From Psilocybe cubensis (taxonomy: Eukaryota), in NCBI GenBank assembly GCA_017499595.2, contig CM039000.1:3844001-3908000 (forward strand): a DNA stretch of 64,000 nt. Reading direction: 5' to 3'. The notes beneath the pieces are model-generated. The model was given only the letters and a program-made list of their open reading frames with translations. It searched no databases and had not been told where the DNA came from. Shown here one piece after another: positions 28,311-40,102 of this stretch (within the stretch, counting starts at the first letter, position 1; every line of letters begins with the position of its first letter). A program made the translations under genes and the position numbers.

Positions 28311-28880
28311 TGTTTACTTCATAGTACTCGAGTGTCACCGTGCCTATGGAAGGCTTTTTGGGGGTTGACGCTTGACATGTCTAGAATCAGAGACCGTGAC
28401 AATGACTTAGTTCAATCCCTTCGTCAATTGATAGCTGTCTGAGAACGAAAGAGTTGGATTGGGAATACTTCATCCATAATTTTTACAGCAGATATACTAT
28501 CAAAGGTAAGTATATACTATTATTTGATATTTTTCATGGCAGTTGACTGATGATATTCATTCATGTAACACTGGCAGACAACTTTATTATAAAGTGGAAA
28601 AGGGTGGCCCTTCACGGAGGTCTCACTCTACTTATTAAGACGATACATGGCTTTTCTATCATTCCTACCAACCCAAACTCTGTCAAAATTATACGACCCA
28701 CCGAGCCTAGTAGGAGAGAAGAGAAACCTTAGGCCACGGCCTATCCCTGAAAATAGGACTGCAGCGAAGGCAGTGAAGTCAAAAACAAAGAAATAATATT
28801 CAATCTCCTAGGTACAACATTGATTATCTATGTAAATATCATGTATATCAAGTATATGACGCTGTGTACTATAACGGACT

Positions 28881-29036
28881 GTGCATTTGCGTTTTTTTTA
28901 TGTTTGCACTTGCGCGCGCACTGCACTGCACTTGAGCACAGCCACCGTGCACTCGCATGCACTTGCACTGCACTGCAGCACAGCCACCGTGCACTTGCAT
29001 TTGCACGTTTTGCACTTGCGCACTTGCGCTGCACTT
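28881..29036. repeat. Subterminal (TGCAC)n array containing a duplicated GCACAGCCACCGTGCACT unit
   Basis: Read directly. It ends in TGCACTTATTTT, the start of the right TIR. Confidence 0.85.
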
Positions 29037-30050
29037 ATTTTTTCCTATGCCCCTCTGATTCTTAACGTGGTACAGTAATTAGAACTTTGGATTCGAAGGG
29101 CCCAAAAAAACTTCGGTCACGGTTATTTAATATATAGTTCTTAGAGAAATTGATTGAACGATCCATAGAGCCGTAAAAGTGACTGTTTCCCCAAAACACC
29201 GCTCTTAACGCCAATAGCAATACCATGCAATACCATATGGAGCTAAGCTAGCGCACATAGCATTCGGCTCGGGTCGGCACCGGGGCCAGGACTAAATATA
29301 GGCAAAGGTTTGGACGTTGTTGGTGTTTGAAACTTTGAATATTCTTAACATAAGGATAATTTACATTGCATCCCAACATAATGTCAGTCTGCTGCGGATA
29401 CATTCAGGAAGCATAGAAGTGGACAGCCATACACCTTCAATAACGTTGCAATGCAAACACACAATACTACCACGTGTGACTAATTATGCCTCTAGAGGAG
29501 GAAACCCCAGCTTATATACAGACTTTAATGCGTTTGAAAATGTACCAGAAGCTTAGCATCATTTAAGAAATCCGAGAGTTTAGTAGCGATATAATCAATA
29601 TTTAATTCCATTACTTGAGAAATGAATGACCTGACGCCTCATTATGAAATGTGACGTAATTACTCTTGACATAAAAATTTGGAATGTTTAAGCAGACAAA
29701 CAACTAAAGCACTCTTTAAGACTTCAATTGGTTCGTGGAAATGAGGTTGCAATCTGTATTAAGAAGAGAACACACCGAGAGGTCCACGCAGTGAAATTGT
29801 CTTTATTGTCATTGTGTGAATTTTTTTTCCGCGTCAAAGGGTCCAACCTATGTTCTGAATATGTTAACCATGGACCCACATCCTTCTTAATTGTGTTCTC
29901 CTTGAATAGATCTACCACTTCGTCTATTATAAAAGTTATAACTTCTCTTTTTTCATAAATCTACCTAGTTTTCTTTATCGTCTACCCTGTAGCACAAATC
30001 TCTGTCTTCCCCAGCTGGCCAGTCGATTAATCGCCTATCATTTTGCATAA

Positions 30051-31700
30051 ATGCCGACAGACGGTTTGAAGAAGAGGAGGCACAGTATGGAAATCAACAT
30101 TTCCGGGGTGCTGTTAACCGATACTCCCATCAACAAACTCAGTACAGAGATACTCGTCAACATCTTCTCCTTGAATGGTCATGCTGATGCCTGTTACATC
30201 GACCTGATAAATACCGCTATCGACGACATTGTACCCACACCCGAGCATGAAGCAGCTCTAACTGTCACCCGGAGTAGTTCCCAAGTGTGTCACCACTGGA
30301 GGGAAATACTTCTCGATTCGCCAAAAATTTGGGCCACCAGCCTAGACCTTCACTGCCTTGATCAAGCTAGTGACGAATGGAGGAACGAAGTCCTGCGACG
30401 AACCGGCAATCGCTTGCTCACAGTCGTCGGTACTTTGACTGGCGAAAAGCATTATCTTGACTTTTTCAAAGAAATTCTGGCCAATCACTGGACTCGAATT
30501 CGTCGTTTGTTCTTATGTGGGAGCGCCCTCAAATCCGAGCTCTGGGCCGCCCTTCAACGCCCTTCACCGAATATGGAGCTTTTGGCTCTCGGGATGATCT
30601 TCCATGGTGTGAAGGCCGACGAGAATGACGTATTTCTCGGAGATTACGCCCCTCGACTGGTCGGGTTTCGTGCCCGTCGTTTTATTGACCCTGACCTCAG
30701 CTGGTACCGCAATATCAGGGAAGTTTGGGATCTTCCAATCGACGTATTCAACGTTCCAGAGTTGCTGCACCTTTTGAGCAACATGAAATATCTTGAACTG
30801 CTCAAACTTTCTGGACATGTATTCCTCGAGGAATCAGACGACGAAGATGGCAACATAAGCAGTGTTGGTCCTGTTAGCATCCCCAGCCTTAAATTCCTTT
30901 CGCTGTTTGGTACTGCACCTTTCTCTTTCATCCCAATTTTACTGCTACTCGTACCCGCCCCAAACTGCGCCCTGCAACTTGAAGGCAATTGTGAAGAGAA
31001 CGTGTCGGCAGACGAGCTCGAAGGTCTTGCAGCGGCCCTGTCCACATTTTTCCATAATTCGCCCCAGAAATGGTCACACCTCGGGTATGGGTTACAGGAG
31101 TCAATGTGCCATCTCAATTTGGACCCGACTAGGTCGGATTTTCGCCCTTTCGTATCGATCCACAACATCGACAATGATTGGGATGAGAGCCACTTCCCTT
31201 GTTTGATACTAAAGGCGCTCCCTCCAAAGCAAGTCTCTATGGTTAAGGAAGTTTCTCTAAGTTTCAGTTACCTTCCTTCAGTCACAAGCGTTCTTGAAGA
31301 GTTCTTGGACCGACTCCTGAAGATGGAACTTCTTTCGATTGATATGGGGACATTGGGGGTCCTAAACGAGTTGCTGGAGGATCGCAAGGAGGTAGGGTGC
31401 CATCCTTTCCCCTGCTTGGGCACCGTTTCCATACGCTGGGAGGAGAATGATTCGCTTGCCAGGGATGGCCCATTACACCAATTTCTGTCTCGGCGCCGGG
31501 ATGTTGGGTCGCGTATTAGAATTCTTCAGGTCCACAATTATCAAGGCAATCCCGAGTTGCTGGTGACATTAGCTAAGATGTTTGAGACGAAACTCGAGTT
31601 AGGGGATGGGGACATATGGTCGGAACAAGTACTTTTCCCGTCTGAAATCGACTACGAATCCGCAATGGCGGGAATCGTCAACGAGCTTGACCTGCTCTAG
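30051..31700 (+). CDS. Intronless F-box-like / degenerate LRR protein of the expanded agaricomycete type
   Basis: 549-aa ORF with PINKLSTEILVNIF...SSQVCHHWREILLDSPKIWAT (split F-box-like motif) followed by LxxLxL-type repeats. Confidence 0.8.
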   Translation: MPTDGLKKRRHSMEINISGVLLTDTPINKLSTEILVNIFSLNGHADACYIDLINTAIDDIVPTPEHEAALTVTRSSSQVCHHWREILLDSPKIWATSLDLHCLDQASDEWRNEVLRRTGNRLLTVVGTLTGEKHYLDFFKEILANHWTRIRRLFLCGSALKSELWAALQRPSPNMELLALGMIFHGVKADENDVFLGDYAPRLVGFRARRFIDPDLSWYRNIREVWDLPIDVFNVPELLHLLSNMKYLELLKLSGHVFLEESDDEDGNISSVGPVSIPSLKFLSLFGTAPFSFIPILLLLVPAPNCALQLEGNCEENVSADELEGLAAALSTFFHNSPQKWSHLGYGLQESMCHLNLDPTRSDFRPFVSIHNIDNDWDESHFPCLILKALPPKQVSMVKEVSLSFSYLPSVTSVLEEFLDRLLKMELLSIDMGTLGVLNELLEDRKEVGCHPFPCLGTVSIRWEENDSLARDGPLHQFLSRRRDVGSRIRILQVHNYQGNPELLVTLAKMFETKLELGDGDIWSEQVLFPSEIDYESAMAGIVNELDLL

Positions 31701-31880
31701 ACGCACGTAACTATAGCTTGCGATTGAGTAGGTATGGTCGATAGTGTTGTCAATGGTATAAATGAGGCATATCTTACACACAATAATGGTACAACAAAAT
31801 CCTACAATCTGTAAGGTATGAGTGGGGAATAAGGAATGCTAATAAAAGCAAAAATACAAAAACAAGCACAGGATATAGCG

Positions 31881-33225
31881 TTACTTCTTTCTTCCTTTCC
31901 TTGAAGTCGTGACAGTCCCTGTTAGTCCCTTGTCCCTTATACAGACAGCGCAGTACCACTTCTCAGGGGTAGGTTGTTTAAGACCAACGCAAGCCAAATG
32001 GAACTTTGAAGACTTTAGAACAGTGTAGTGTAAGAATAAAACGCGGTACATACCCATTCGTATGGGCAACCTCCTTCATTGTCGCACGCTATCATCTGAA
32101 ACATAGTCGGCATAAACATTACTTTACTGTGTCGTGATAATGAGTACTCACATCGCCGTAGCTTGGCTTCTGGCAAAAGCAATATGGCGTCTCGTCTTCG
32201 TTCTCCTCTTCGGCGTCGGCATCTTCGTCACCGTCTGCATCCATATCTGGATCAGTTTCTTCCACAACAAGTTGAACTTGCCGTGAAAGACGAGATTTTT
32301 GCGGTACGTGGGCCGCAGCTGGTGCGACAGTCGGAGATGCGGAACGATGCTTCGTGGGCGAGCCGACAGGAGAAATTTTGATGGATTGAGTAGCTGTAAT
32401 GCGGCGTTCTAGAAAGAAAGATATTGAGATAATACAAATATAAAACATTATAATTTATTTGATACGTACTCTTGGTGGCATGTCCAGTAGAAGGTGTTGG
32501 CGATGCAGCAACCGCGACCTGGGTAGCCAATCGCACGTCTGGCACTGGTGGGATTGACAAGGCGTTCCTGAGACTTTCGCTAATCGCCAGGGCAGGATTA
32601 CGGCCTGGCGCGCCGAAACTGTCCGCGCTCAAGGATGGAAGCCCAACCAGGGGTTTCGAAGCAGCGGCGGCCGCAGCAGCAGCGATAACTTCTGGGGAGT
32701 CACCTTGCAACGTGCGTACTTTCATAATATCGTGGTCAAGCTTTGCACGCGTACGTGTGATAATTTCGATGAGGCGAGTGGCAAGCACACATTTCTCGGC
32801 TGCAAGTTCTTGGATTTCGGAATAGGAGGCTGCGATTTTCGCAGGAATAGATACAGTTTTGGGAGAAGGCGCACGAGATGACGGTGATGGTGGTGTAGCA
32901 GAGGCGGAAGCAGACGATGCACGACGTGAATGTCGAATATATTTAGCGGAATCCTTGTCAATCTCCTGCTGCAAATCTGGCGATTAAAAGGGTCATTAGA
33001 ATGCGCGAGACAAAAAGGACGAAAAACAGCGGCGCACCTTGGGTCCGTGTTTCACGATGCCTTATCTCTTGAAGTAAGTGGGCTACTTCATTCGGAAGAT
33101 TGTCGATACCTAGTGTACGGAAGTGTCAGGCCACATTTGAGGAACTGGGAAGAGAAAATCGCACTGTATATGAACTCCGTGGCGACATTGGCAGCTTCTT
33201 CAAAATTGGGTATTTGCACATTCAT
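31881..33225 (-). CDS. ING (inhibitor of growth) family PHD-finger chromatin reader, multi-exon
   Basis: N-terminal IDNLPNEVAH helical ING domain and C-terminal PHD [46 protein letters not shown]. Confidence 0.92.
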
Positions 33226-35040
33226 TTAATTGTAAACCCTTGAAAATGTGGTATTGATGGTAGTAGGGAAGGTACAGGTTGGCGTTGCGCGTCCGACGTT
33301 GAGCTCGCCCTTCGACTGACTCAGCATTTTGATTGGTCAGCGTTTTGTGTCACGAGCGTTAGTGTCACAAGTCTTGAATGATGGCACCCAAACTCAACCA
33401 GTCACCATTGAACGTTGAACGTTGAACATTTCCCGGACTCACTTCCATATATCATCGAAACAAATATACAAAGAGTTTGGCTAGAGGAACTGACTGTCAC
33501 CTACTGCATAAAGGGGACTTCTAAGATACCTTCTATACCTGCCAGGCTGCCAGCAGACTCGTCAAAAACCTCCTGAAGCGCTGATTTCAAGTTGAGGGGT
33601 CAATTGGGTCAAATATCTGTGTGAGTCAAAGGATTTCAGCGTAACCTCTATTTGGACCAACTAAAATTTGCAGGATTGTCTTTGTTACGGCCTTTCTGTT
33701 ACCTCTTACTGGACGGGGGTGAAACATTATCACTGTCAAGGAACCCTGCTACTATCAAATTCATTGCACTGCAAGAATAACTACCATCCCTCGCGGATCT
33801 TTCATTCTTTCCCGACATAGCAACTCTAAACATGGACCGGTTTGGTTTCTTGTTATCTCACGGAAAATGCCTAATAATTCCATCGAATTACCAAGATATG
33901 AAAGGGCTTATATCTTTCCCATGTCGCCCGCACATCATGTGGATTGAAAATCGCCGCCGATGCCGATATGTTACCTTTGGGCTGAGATGCCTTTGTGTTT
34001 TGCATCCTCGCAAGTCGTTTGTCTTCCGGTCTCCATTGGACTGTTCCTCACTTGCATTTGAGGTCATCTCTTGAATGTTCGTATTCGGCGCCACCCTTCT
34101 TCTATGGGTTATACTTGTCCTTCACTCTCTGCCGTTATCTGTCACTCCATGTGTTGTCTTTCTCACCTCTGTACTGTGGGTCACTACATTTTACGTGTCA
34201 GACTCGATAAGGCAAACTCCGAAGGTAGGAAATACATCGCAAGAAGATTTGATCTGGTATTCTTAGACGCTCATTAAGTTAGTCGATTAAGCGGTATCGA
34301 GAAGTGTCAAGGTACACATTTAATTTCGCATCTATTGATTATGGAAATCAAAATCATCTGACCCTTTGTAATTCACCTAGTACTAGGAAATTTCTCTTTC
34401 GTTGACATGACTTTCATCCCTGACTTGGTGGCGTTCAAGTGTCGCGTTGGCCAGATAGTTATGTTGGCTTTTACCGCGCCGAATGCACCGACCCTCTGTA
34501 CCATGCCGCAATAAAATCTCTCCAAGTCCCTTCACCAGCGTTTTTCAAAATATCTGCGTAATGGATGACATCATACTTTGATCTAATTCACATAGCTGTC
34601 GTGATGGACCTATGTTGATACCTTTGTTGATTAATACTCACAGACATTCCAGCACTCTACCAGATCTACATCTTCGAAAGTTCTGGTAACGTTTGTATCT
34701 CGAACAAAACATATTGGTTAATATAATGTGAACAGCCTCTGTCATTTGCCTAACACGGTTCAACTTCTCATGTCTGTCAAGATACATGGTCCCAAAACCT
34801 TGGATCACTTTGAAATGGTTCAGTTACACGACGCACCCTGGCACTCATGGATAGTCTGTGGGTTCCTGGCAATTGTTCCAACATCCTGAGTTTCCCAGGT
34901 CATCGGTGTTTATTCATTCATTTTTTTTGGTTTTATGATCATATTTGAAAGTAGTTACCCTTCAGCAAAGGTATAAGAAGGAACGATACACGACCGTTTG
35001 CCTAATCAACTTTCCATCCGATTTTGATAAGTCGTACAAG

Positions 35041-35583
35041 ATGTTCTCTCGTGTCTACTCTGTCCTCGCCTTCATCTTCTTCTTCGCTGGCCTTGCTGCC
35101 GCTACAACCACTACGGTTACCGTCACCACTGTAGGTGTTTGTCGCGGTCTTCCATGCAACTAACTAACGTTCCACCTCGTAGTTTGCCCCCGGTGCAACC
35201 CCCACCACCCCCGCCAGCCAGTGCAACACTGACTCTCTTTTCTGCTGCAACCTTGCCCAACAGGTAATATGACTCTACTATATATTTCGGTCTATGATTT
35301 ATTGATTAAATAAACAGGCTAATGTTCTCGGTGGAGTCATCCAATTCCTGCTCGGCATCGCCCAAATTGCCGTCTCTCCTGTTACTGCTCTCGTTGGCGC
35401 AGACTGCACATCCCTTATTGCTGGAAACAGCTGCAGTGCCAGTGCCCAACCCGTCTGCTGCCAGAACAACAACTTTGTAAGCTTCATCTAACTATTTATT
35501 TCAAACCTATTATTCTTTTCTAACGACTGTTTTAGGCCGGAGCAATCGTCATTGGGTGCACCCCCGTCAACGTCAACCTCTAA
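35041..35583 (+). CDS. Class I hydrophobin (4 exons)
   Basis: Signal peptide MFSRVYSVLAFIFFFAGLAAA and 8 Cys: QCNTDSLFCC...GADCTSLIAGNSCSASAQPVCCQNNNFAGAIVIGCTPVNVNL*. TATAAG about 70 bp upstream. Confidence 0.93.
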
Positions 35584-37365
35584 TCAGTCTGTTCATAGGC
35601 AAAGTGTGCTCGAGCTGTACCGTGCTAAGCTGTGTGCGGCCCTTCACAGTGGTACCTTAAATGTCGAGAATAGGGTCTTGTTTTCATTGTCTCCGTAATA
35701 TAAATTCAAAAACCTGTAAAAATTGTTCTCTTTTTGAATATAAACGTGTTTTGTACTTGGCTATTATCGATTGAATCAAGCAATTCATTTGAGATCTATA
35801 TTTAAATTCCTGGCGCCAAATTTGTGTATTAATAAAGTTACTTTATGTTTCCAATGTCGACTTGTTCAATTCCCAGATACAAAATACATGGTCACCCCAA
35901 TCGGTCCGAAGCTTCTGTACCTGTCATGGGAAGGGTCCTACAGAAATAACTCGCAGATCAACCACTCTGGGAAACATTTAAAGAGTTGAGTAGCACCGAA
36001 CGGGTTTACGTTTCACTAAACGCATGCCAGCTTTTGTCATGAATGCCGCAGTACGATTTCATAATGTCTCCAGATTAATGGTAAGGTTGATCATGTTACC
36101 ACTTCTTTGTGCAAATACTCATTTTATAAAATGTGATTAGATTCACCGTGGTATGCATTTGGCTCTCAAGAGTTGAGAGTTATATTGAGAACTACTAGCG
36201 ACGAATTTGATGTTCATTGTTGATAGCCTAACATTAACAGGCACCTGATATCTTTCTTGCCAACATCCAATATGAATGATAGTAGTCCGAATTTCTTATC
36301 TCTTCTTTAAAGAATGAGTGAATACTACGACCTTGTTTGACAGATTAAGTGACTGTGGAAATTGATGGAAATATTTTGTTTCGAACTGATCAACGGACAC
36401 TGCAGCACTGAGAATGTGGATAGGTTTAGCACTATGCAAATAGCGCCGAGTACGGATCGTATCGTAAGAGTCTGCGGCTTCATGTACCTGAAAAACGGGT
36501 GTCTCCGAGGATTCATATTGATGGATGTGAATATGTGCTGAACTCAGTCAGAGGACTAGTGATATACTGAGGTTGGGGACAGGATAAAGTACCCAGTAGA
36601 CTGTGCGTCTGCATCTTGTGTTCAAGGTCTTGTCCTCCTCGCTAATTCTTTGGGAATAACCCCAGCCTTCCGCACTCACGATTGTCACAGGATTGTTTTA
36701 CACACAGGGCGGGAGGATTAAATACGTAAGACGGTCTCGTTTGGGACACAATGTTTGAATGATTTGCTCAGAAAAAGACACAGCCAGGTGGCATAACTAG
36801 GGTGTCCTCGAGTTTTCTGGAGATTGTCATGCTGTGTCACAAGTATGATAAGTGAAGGTAAGTGCCAATCAAATCATCACTGTTGAGAAATTAGTTAACT
36901 TTTGGGCGCGTTATCCCCTACAATTCAATACGATATGTCGAAATGACAGGCACGCTGTTGTAGAGCAGGTTTGTATCAACCGCTCAGATGAATTGTAGTT
37001 ACTATAACGTAAATTCATCCAAGCTTCAACTTGACACCAATTACCAGTTACCTTTCAAGTTATCGGACGTGCTAGCCGATGTGCACAATTTTTTTTGGAC
37101 TGCCTCCTATGTTGACCAATGAAATACTTGACTTCTCATGTTTATCATACGCGATCCCGAATCTATGGAATAATTCGTCCATATTCGGGAAGAATATATT
37201 TCTTGGTTCCACCGACTTCAAGATTTTCTCATTGCACTTCTACTCCTGAACAACTTCTAAATGCAGACGTGCCCCAGAAAAAAGATATAAAAGCTGCAAA
37301 GTGAGAGAAGTGGAATCACCAATCGAGTACGCAAAGCCTCCTTTGATTAAAACCTTTATTACAAG

Positions 37366-37908
37366 ATGTTCGCTCGTGTCTACTCTGTCCTCGCCTTCGT
37401 CCTCTTCTTCGCTGGCCTGGCCGCCGCTACAACCACTACGGTTACCGTCACCACTGTACGTGTTCTCGTTAGGCCCTTCCATGTATTTATCTAACGTTTA
37501 TCTTCATAGTTTGCCCCCGGTGCTACTCCCACCACCCCCGCCAGCCAGTGCAACACTGACTCTCTCTTCTGTTGCAACTTCGCATCCCAGGTAAAGTTAA
37601 CTTAACCAACATCAAGTTGTGCAAAACACTTACAAATTATTTAAACAGGCTAACGCTCTCGGCGGTGTTATCTCATTCCTTCTGAGCTTCGCTCAAATCG
37701 CCGTTTCTCCTGTTACCGCCCTCGTTGGTGCTGACTGCACGTCTCTTCTTGTTGGAAATAGCTGCAGTGCTAGTGCCCAACCCGTCTGCTGCCAGAACAA
37801 CAACTTCGTAAGCCTCATTTATTCGCATCTAACTGTACATTTATTAAAACCCGTCATTAGGCTGGAGCCCTCGTAATTGGCTGCACTCCCGTCAACGTCA
37901 ACCTCTAA
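37366..37908 (+). CDS. Class I hydrophobin, close paralog of 35041-35583 (4 exons)
   Basis: MFARVYSVLAFVLFFAGLAAA...QCNTDSLFCC...GADCTSLLVGNSCSASAQPVCCQNNNFAGALVIGCTPVNVNL*. Same intron positions as the first copy. TATAAAA upstream. Confidence 0.93.
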
Positions 37909-39299
37909 GTTGTTGCCGTCAATTCGTCCCGGAGGTGACCTTGAACTGTTGTATAAACCATACAAACGTCACTACGATCGGTTGATTATAAGGCATCCAA
38001 TGTGTCGTCTTCTTTTGTCTTTAAACTGTCCAGAAATGCGGTGTAAATAAATAAAAAATCACAAGTTATCCAATTCAATTTTTCTGTACTAGTTGTCCCC
38101 CGTCAGGCAATTCTGTGTTAGTTAGTGCCACACCCGGAGTTGAGAAAATAATTCGAACCGGTTCTATGCTTAAAAAATGAGTATTTCGAATTAGCTTAGT
38201 AGATGGCCGCTGTTTTCAAGGGTCTCCATGCTCCAGCGCTTAATATGATACATTCTTACACGTGATCGGAACTGGAACTACTGCGGGCATCGCGGATAGG
38301 TTAGCACATGAACGCGTCGATGATGGTACATACTACATAGTCAGGAATGACCTCGATAGCTCAGCAGGATCTCGACACCACACGATTGTCACTATCATAT
38401 AATCCATCCCTGTCACCCCTCCCCCACCTATTTTGTTTCCCTCATTGCCACATAACCGGGCCGCAGCTTCTCATGTCGAAATGTCCGTCGATCGGATACC
38501 AATAAAAGAATAATCACTCTTCGAAATCCTGTCAGTCTGAAGAAGTACTGTGTAGAGATATTATCACAGAAACGCTGTCTCAAGTGAAATCAGGAAAGAA
38601 GATTGATTATCCTTATTAATTTCACGCCTTATGTCAAGTCAGAATGAAGGCACATAAGTAGACCTAAGTCATTTCAACTTCTGACTGGGATATACCAACA
38701 TAACATAGCCCAATATCATTGACTACACAATCGCCGTCTTCACTCTCACGGACTCATTCATAACTTATCAGTCCTGGATCAAAAATTAGCTAATAGCCAC
38801 CAGACGTCCTTCGAGGCAGGCATACGTGTCCTCTCCTGTTAGGCGACCATGCCTGCTACAACAGATTAATCGACGGAACCCTGACTCTCACTGTGTCTGT
38901 GTCCCTCACACCGCAAATGGAAGCGATCGTAATTTAATTGGTCCCAACACTGAAAATTAACGTAAACAGTTAAGGAATGTCAATGTCCACAAGGGGATCC
39001 CCTTTCATCTCACTCCGCCACATCAATCTCCGATGTGCTGATCACACGGATAACGAAGGCTCCGTCCCAATTATTGCAAAACCCTTTATGTCAGTTCATG
39101 TCTCCATGTTGAAGTACTTTCTCAGCCAATTCAATGATTGTGACAGTGGGTTAATGTGAAGAAAGGGCAACGTGTCCACAATGTACCAGATTCATTATCG
39201 TCTTTTAAGCGCAACCTTTTATGTACGTATAATTCAGTCCGCTTTGCAAGATCCCAGCGACTTCCAGCCACATCTCCCCCACTATTGCACCTTTTCAGG

Positions 39300-39922
39300 A
39301 TGTTTTCTGCCCTTTCATTTCGAATATCTTCAGCCTTCACGGCGTTGGTCATATTGTTTATAATTGCTCTGGCGTCACGTAGAGCTGCAAATTCTACGCC
39401 TACGTTTGTTAGTATCTTTTCTCAGCAAAATACCACAAACTGGTTGTGTATGGCTCAAATGATCTTATATTTTCTATCTACCTAGACCCCAATGCCACAT
39501 CTCAGGAAGGAGAAGCATCCAGTTTCTACCTGTGAGGAAATAGGGGGATCGCTTTCGTGTTGCCTGAGTGTCGATAGTGTCAGTCTCTTCTCTACTATCT
39601 GCCATCCAGTCTAAAACGACAGTTGTTGCAACTGGTTCTCAGCCCACCAATCGCATACTCGAGAATGTTCTTCTCTTGGTAATGAACATTACAGTACCGG
39701 AGGAGTTGATGAACAAGCTTGTGGGCGTCGACTGCAAGGCAATGGATGTCATGGGCAACGGCGCCTTTGGCCACTGCAACAATGAACCAGTGTGCTGTAC
39801 AGACTATCGCCGTGTACGTGTCGTATATTTGTTCTTTCATTTTTATATAAACCTGACTCCTCGCATAGGATGGGCAAGTGGCTTTAGGATGTCATTCTGT
39901 CTCCGTGGCAATGGGGATGTAA
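39300..39922 (+). CDS. Divergent class I hydrophobin (4 exons)
   Basis: Hydrophobic N-terminus. Spliced product has 8 Cys: TCEEIGGSLSCC...VGVDC...GHCNNEPVCCTDYRRDGQVALGCHSVSVAMGM*. Confidence 0.82.
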
Positions 39923-40102
39923 GAGAGAGGAACTTCTGTGTCGCTGTGAGTGAGATGGAGCGATTCTGACTAACCTGAAAAATGACTGGGCATAAATTAG
40001 CATATTAGGTTATCGAAGACCACGAAAAATTCATTTGTTGATATTGTATTTTTATTGTCTACCATTGTCCCTGAAACGAAGGTCCCAAAGTCGAAATCAT
40101 TT

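Larger units (their letters stand above)
27408..29052. mobile_element. Non-autonomous TIR DNA transposon (Mutator/MULE-like), 1645 bp
   Basis: Left end GGGCAAATAGAAAAATAAGTGCA and right end TGCACTTATTTTTTCCTATGCCC are imperfect inverted repeats. An identical 9-bp CTCTGATTC sits directly outside both ends (27399-27407, 29053-29061). No transposase ORF. Confidence 0.7.

Noticed and set aside
28085-28368. His/Cys/Ala/Leu-rich ORFs that look like metal-binding peptides; TGCAC also resembles a metal-response element core
   Set aside because: They are translations of the TGCAC tandem array on both strands inside a transposon-like element.
27426-29036. Repeat arrays considered as a CRISPR-like locus
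   Set aside because: Units are 5-10-bp degenerate tandem repeats without unique spacers, the context is eukaryotic and there are no cas genes.
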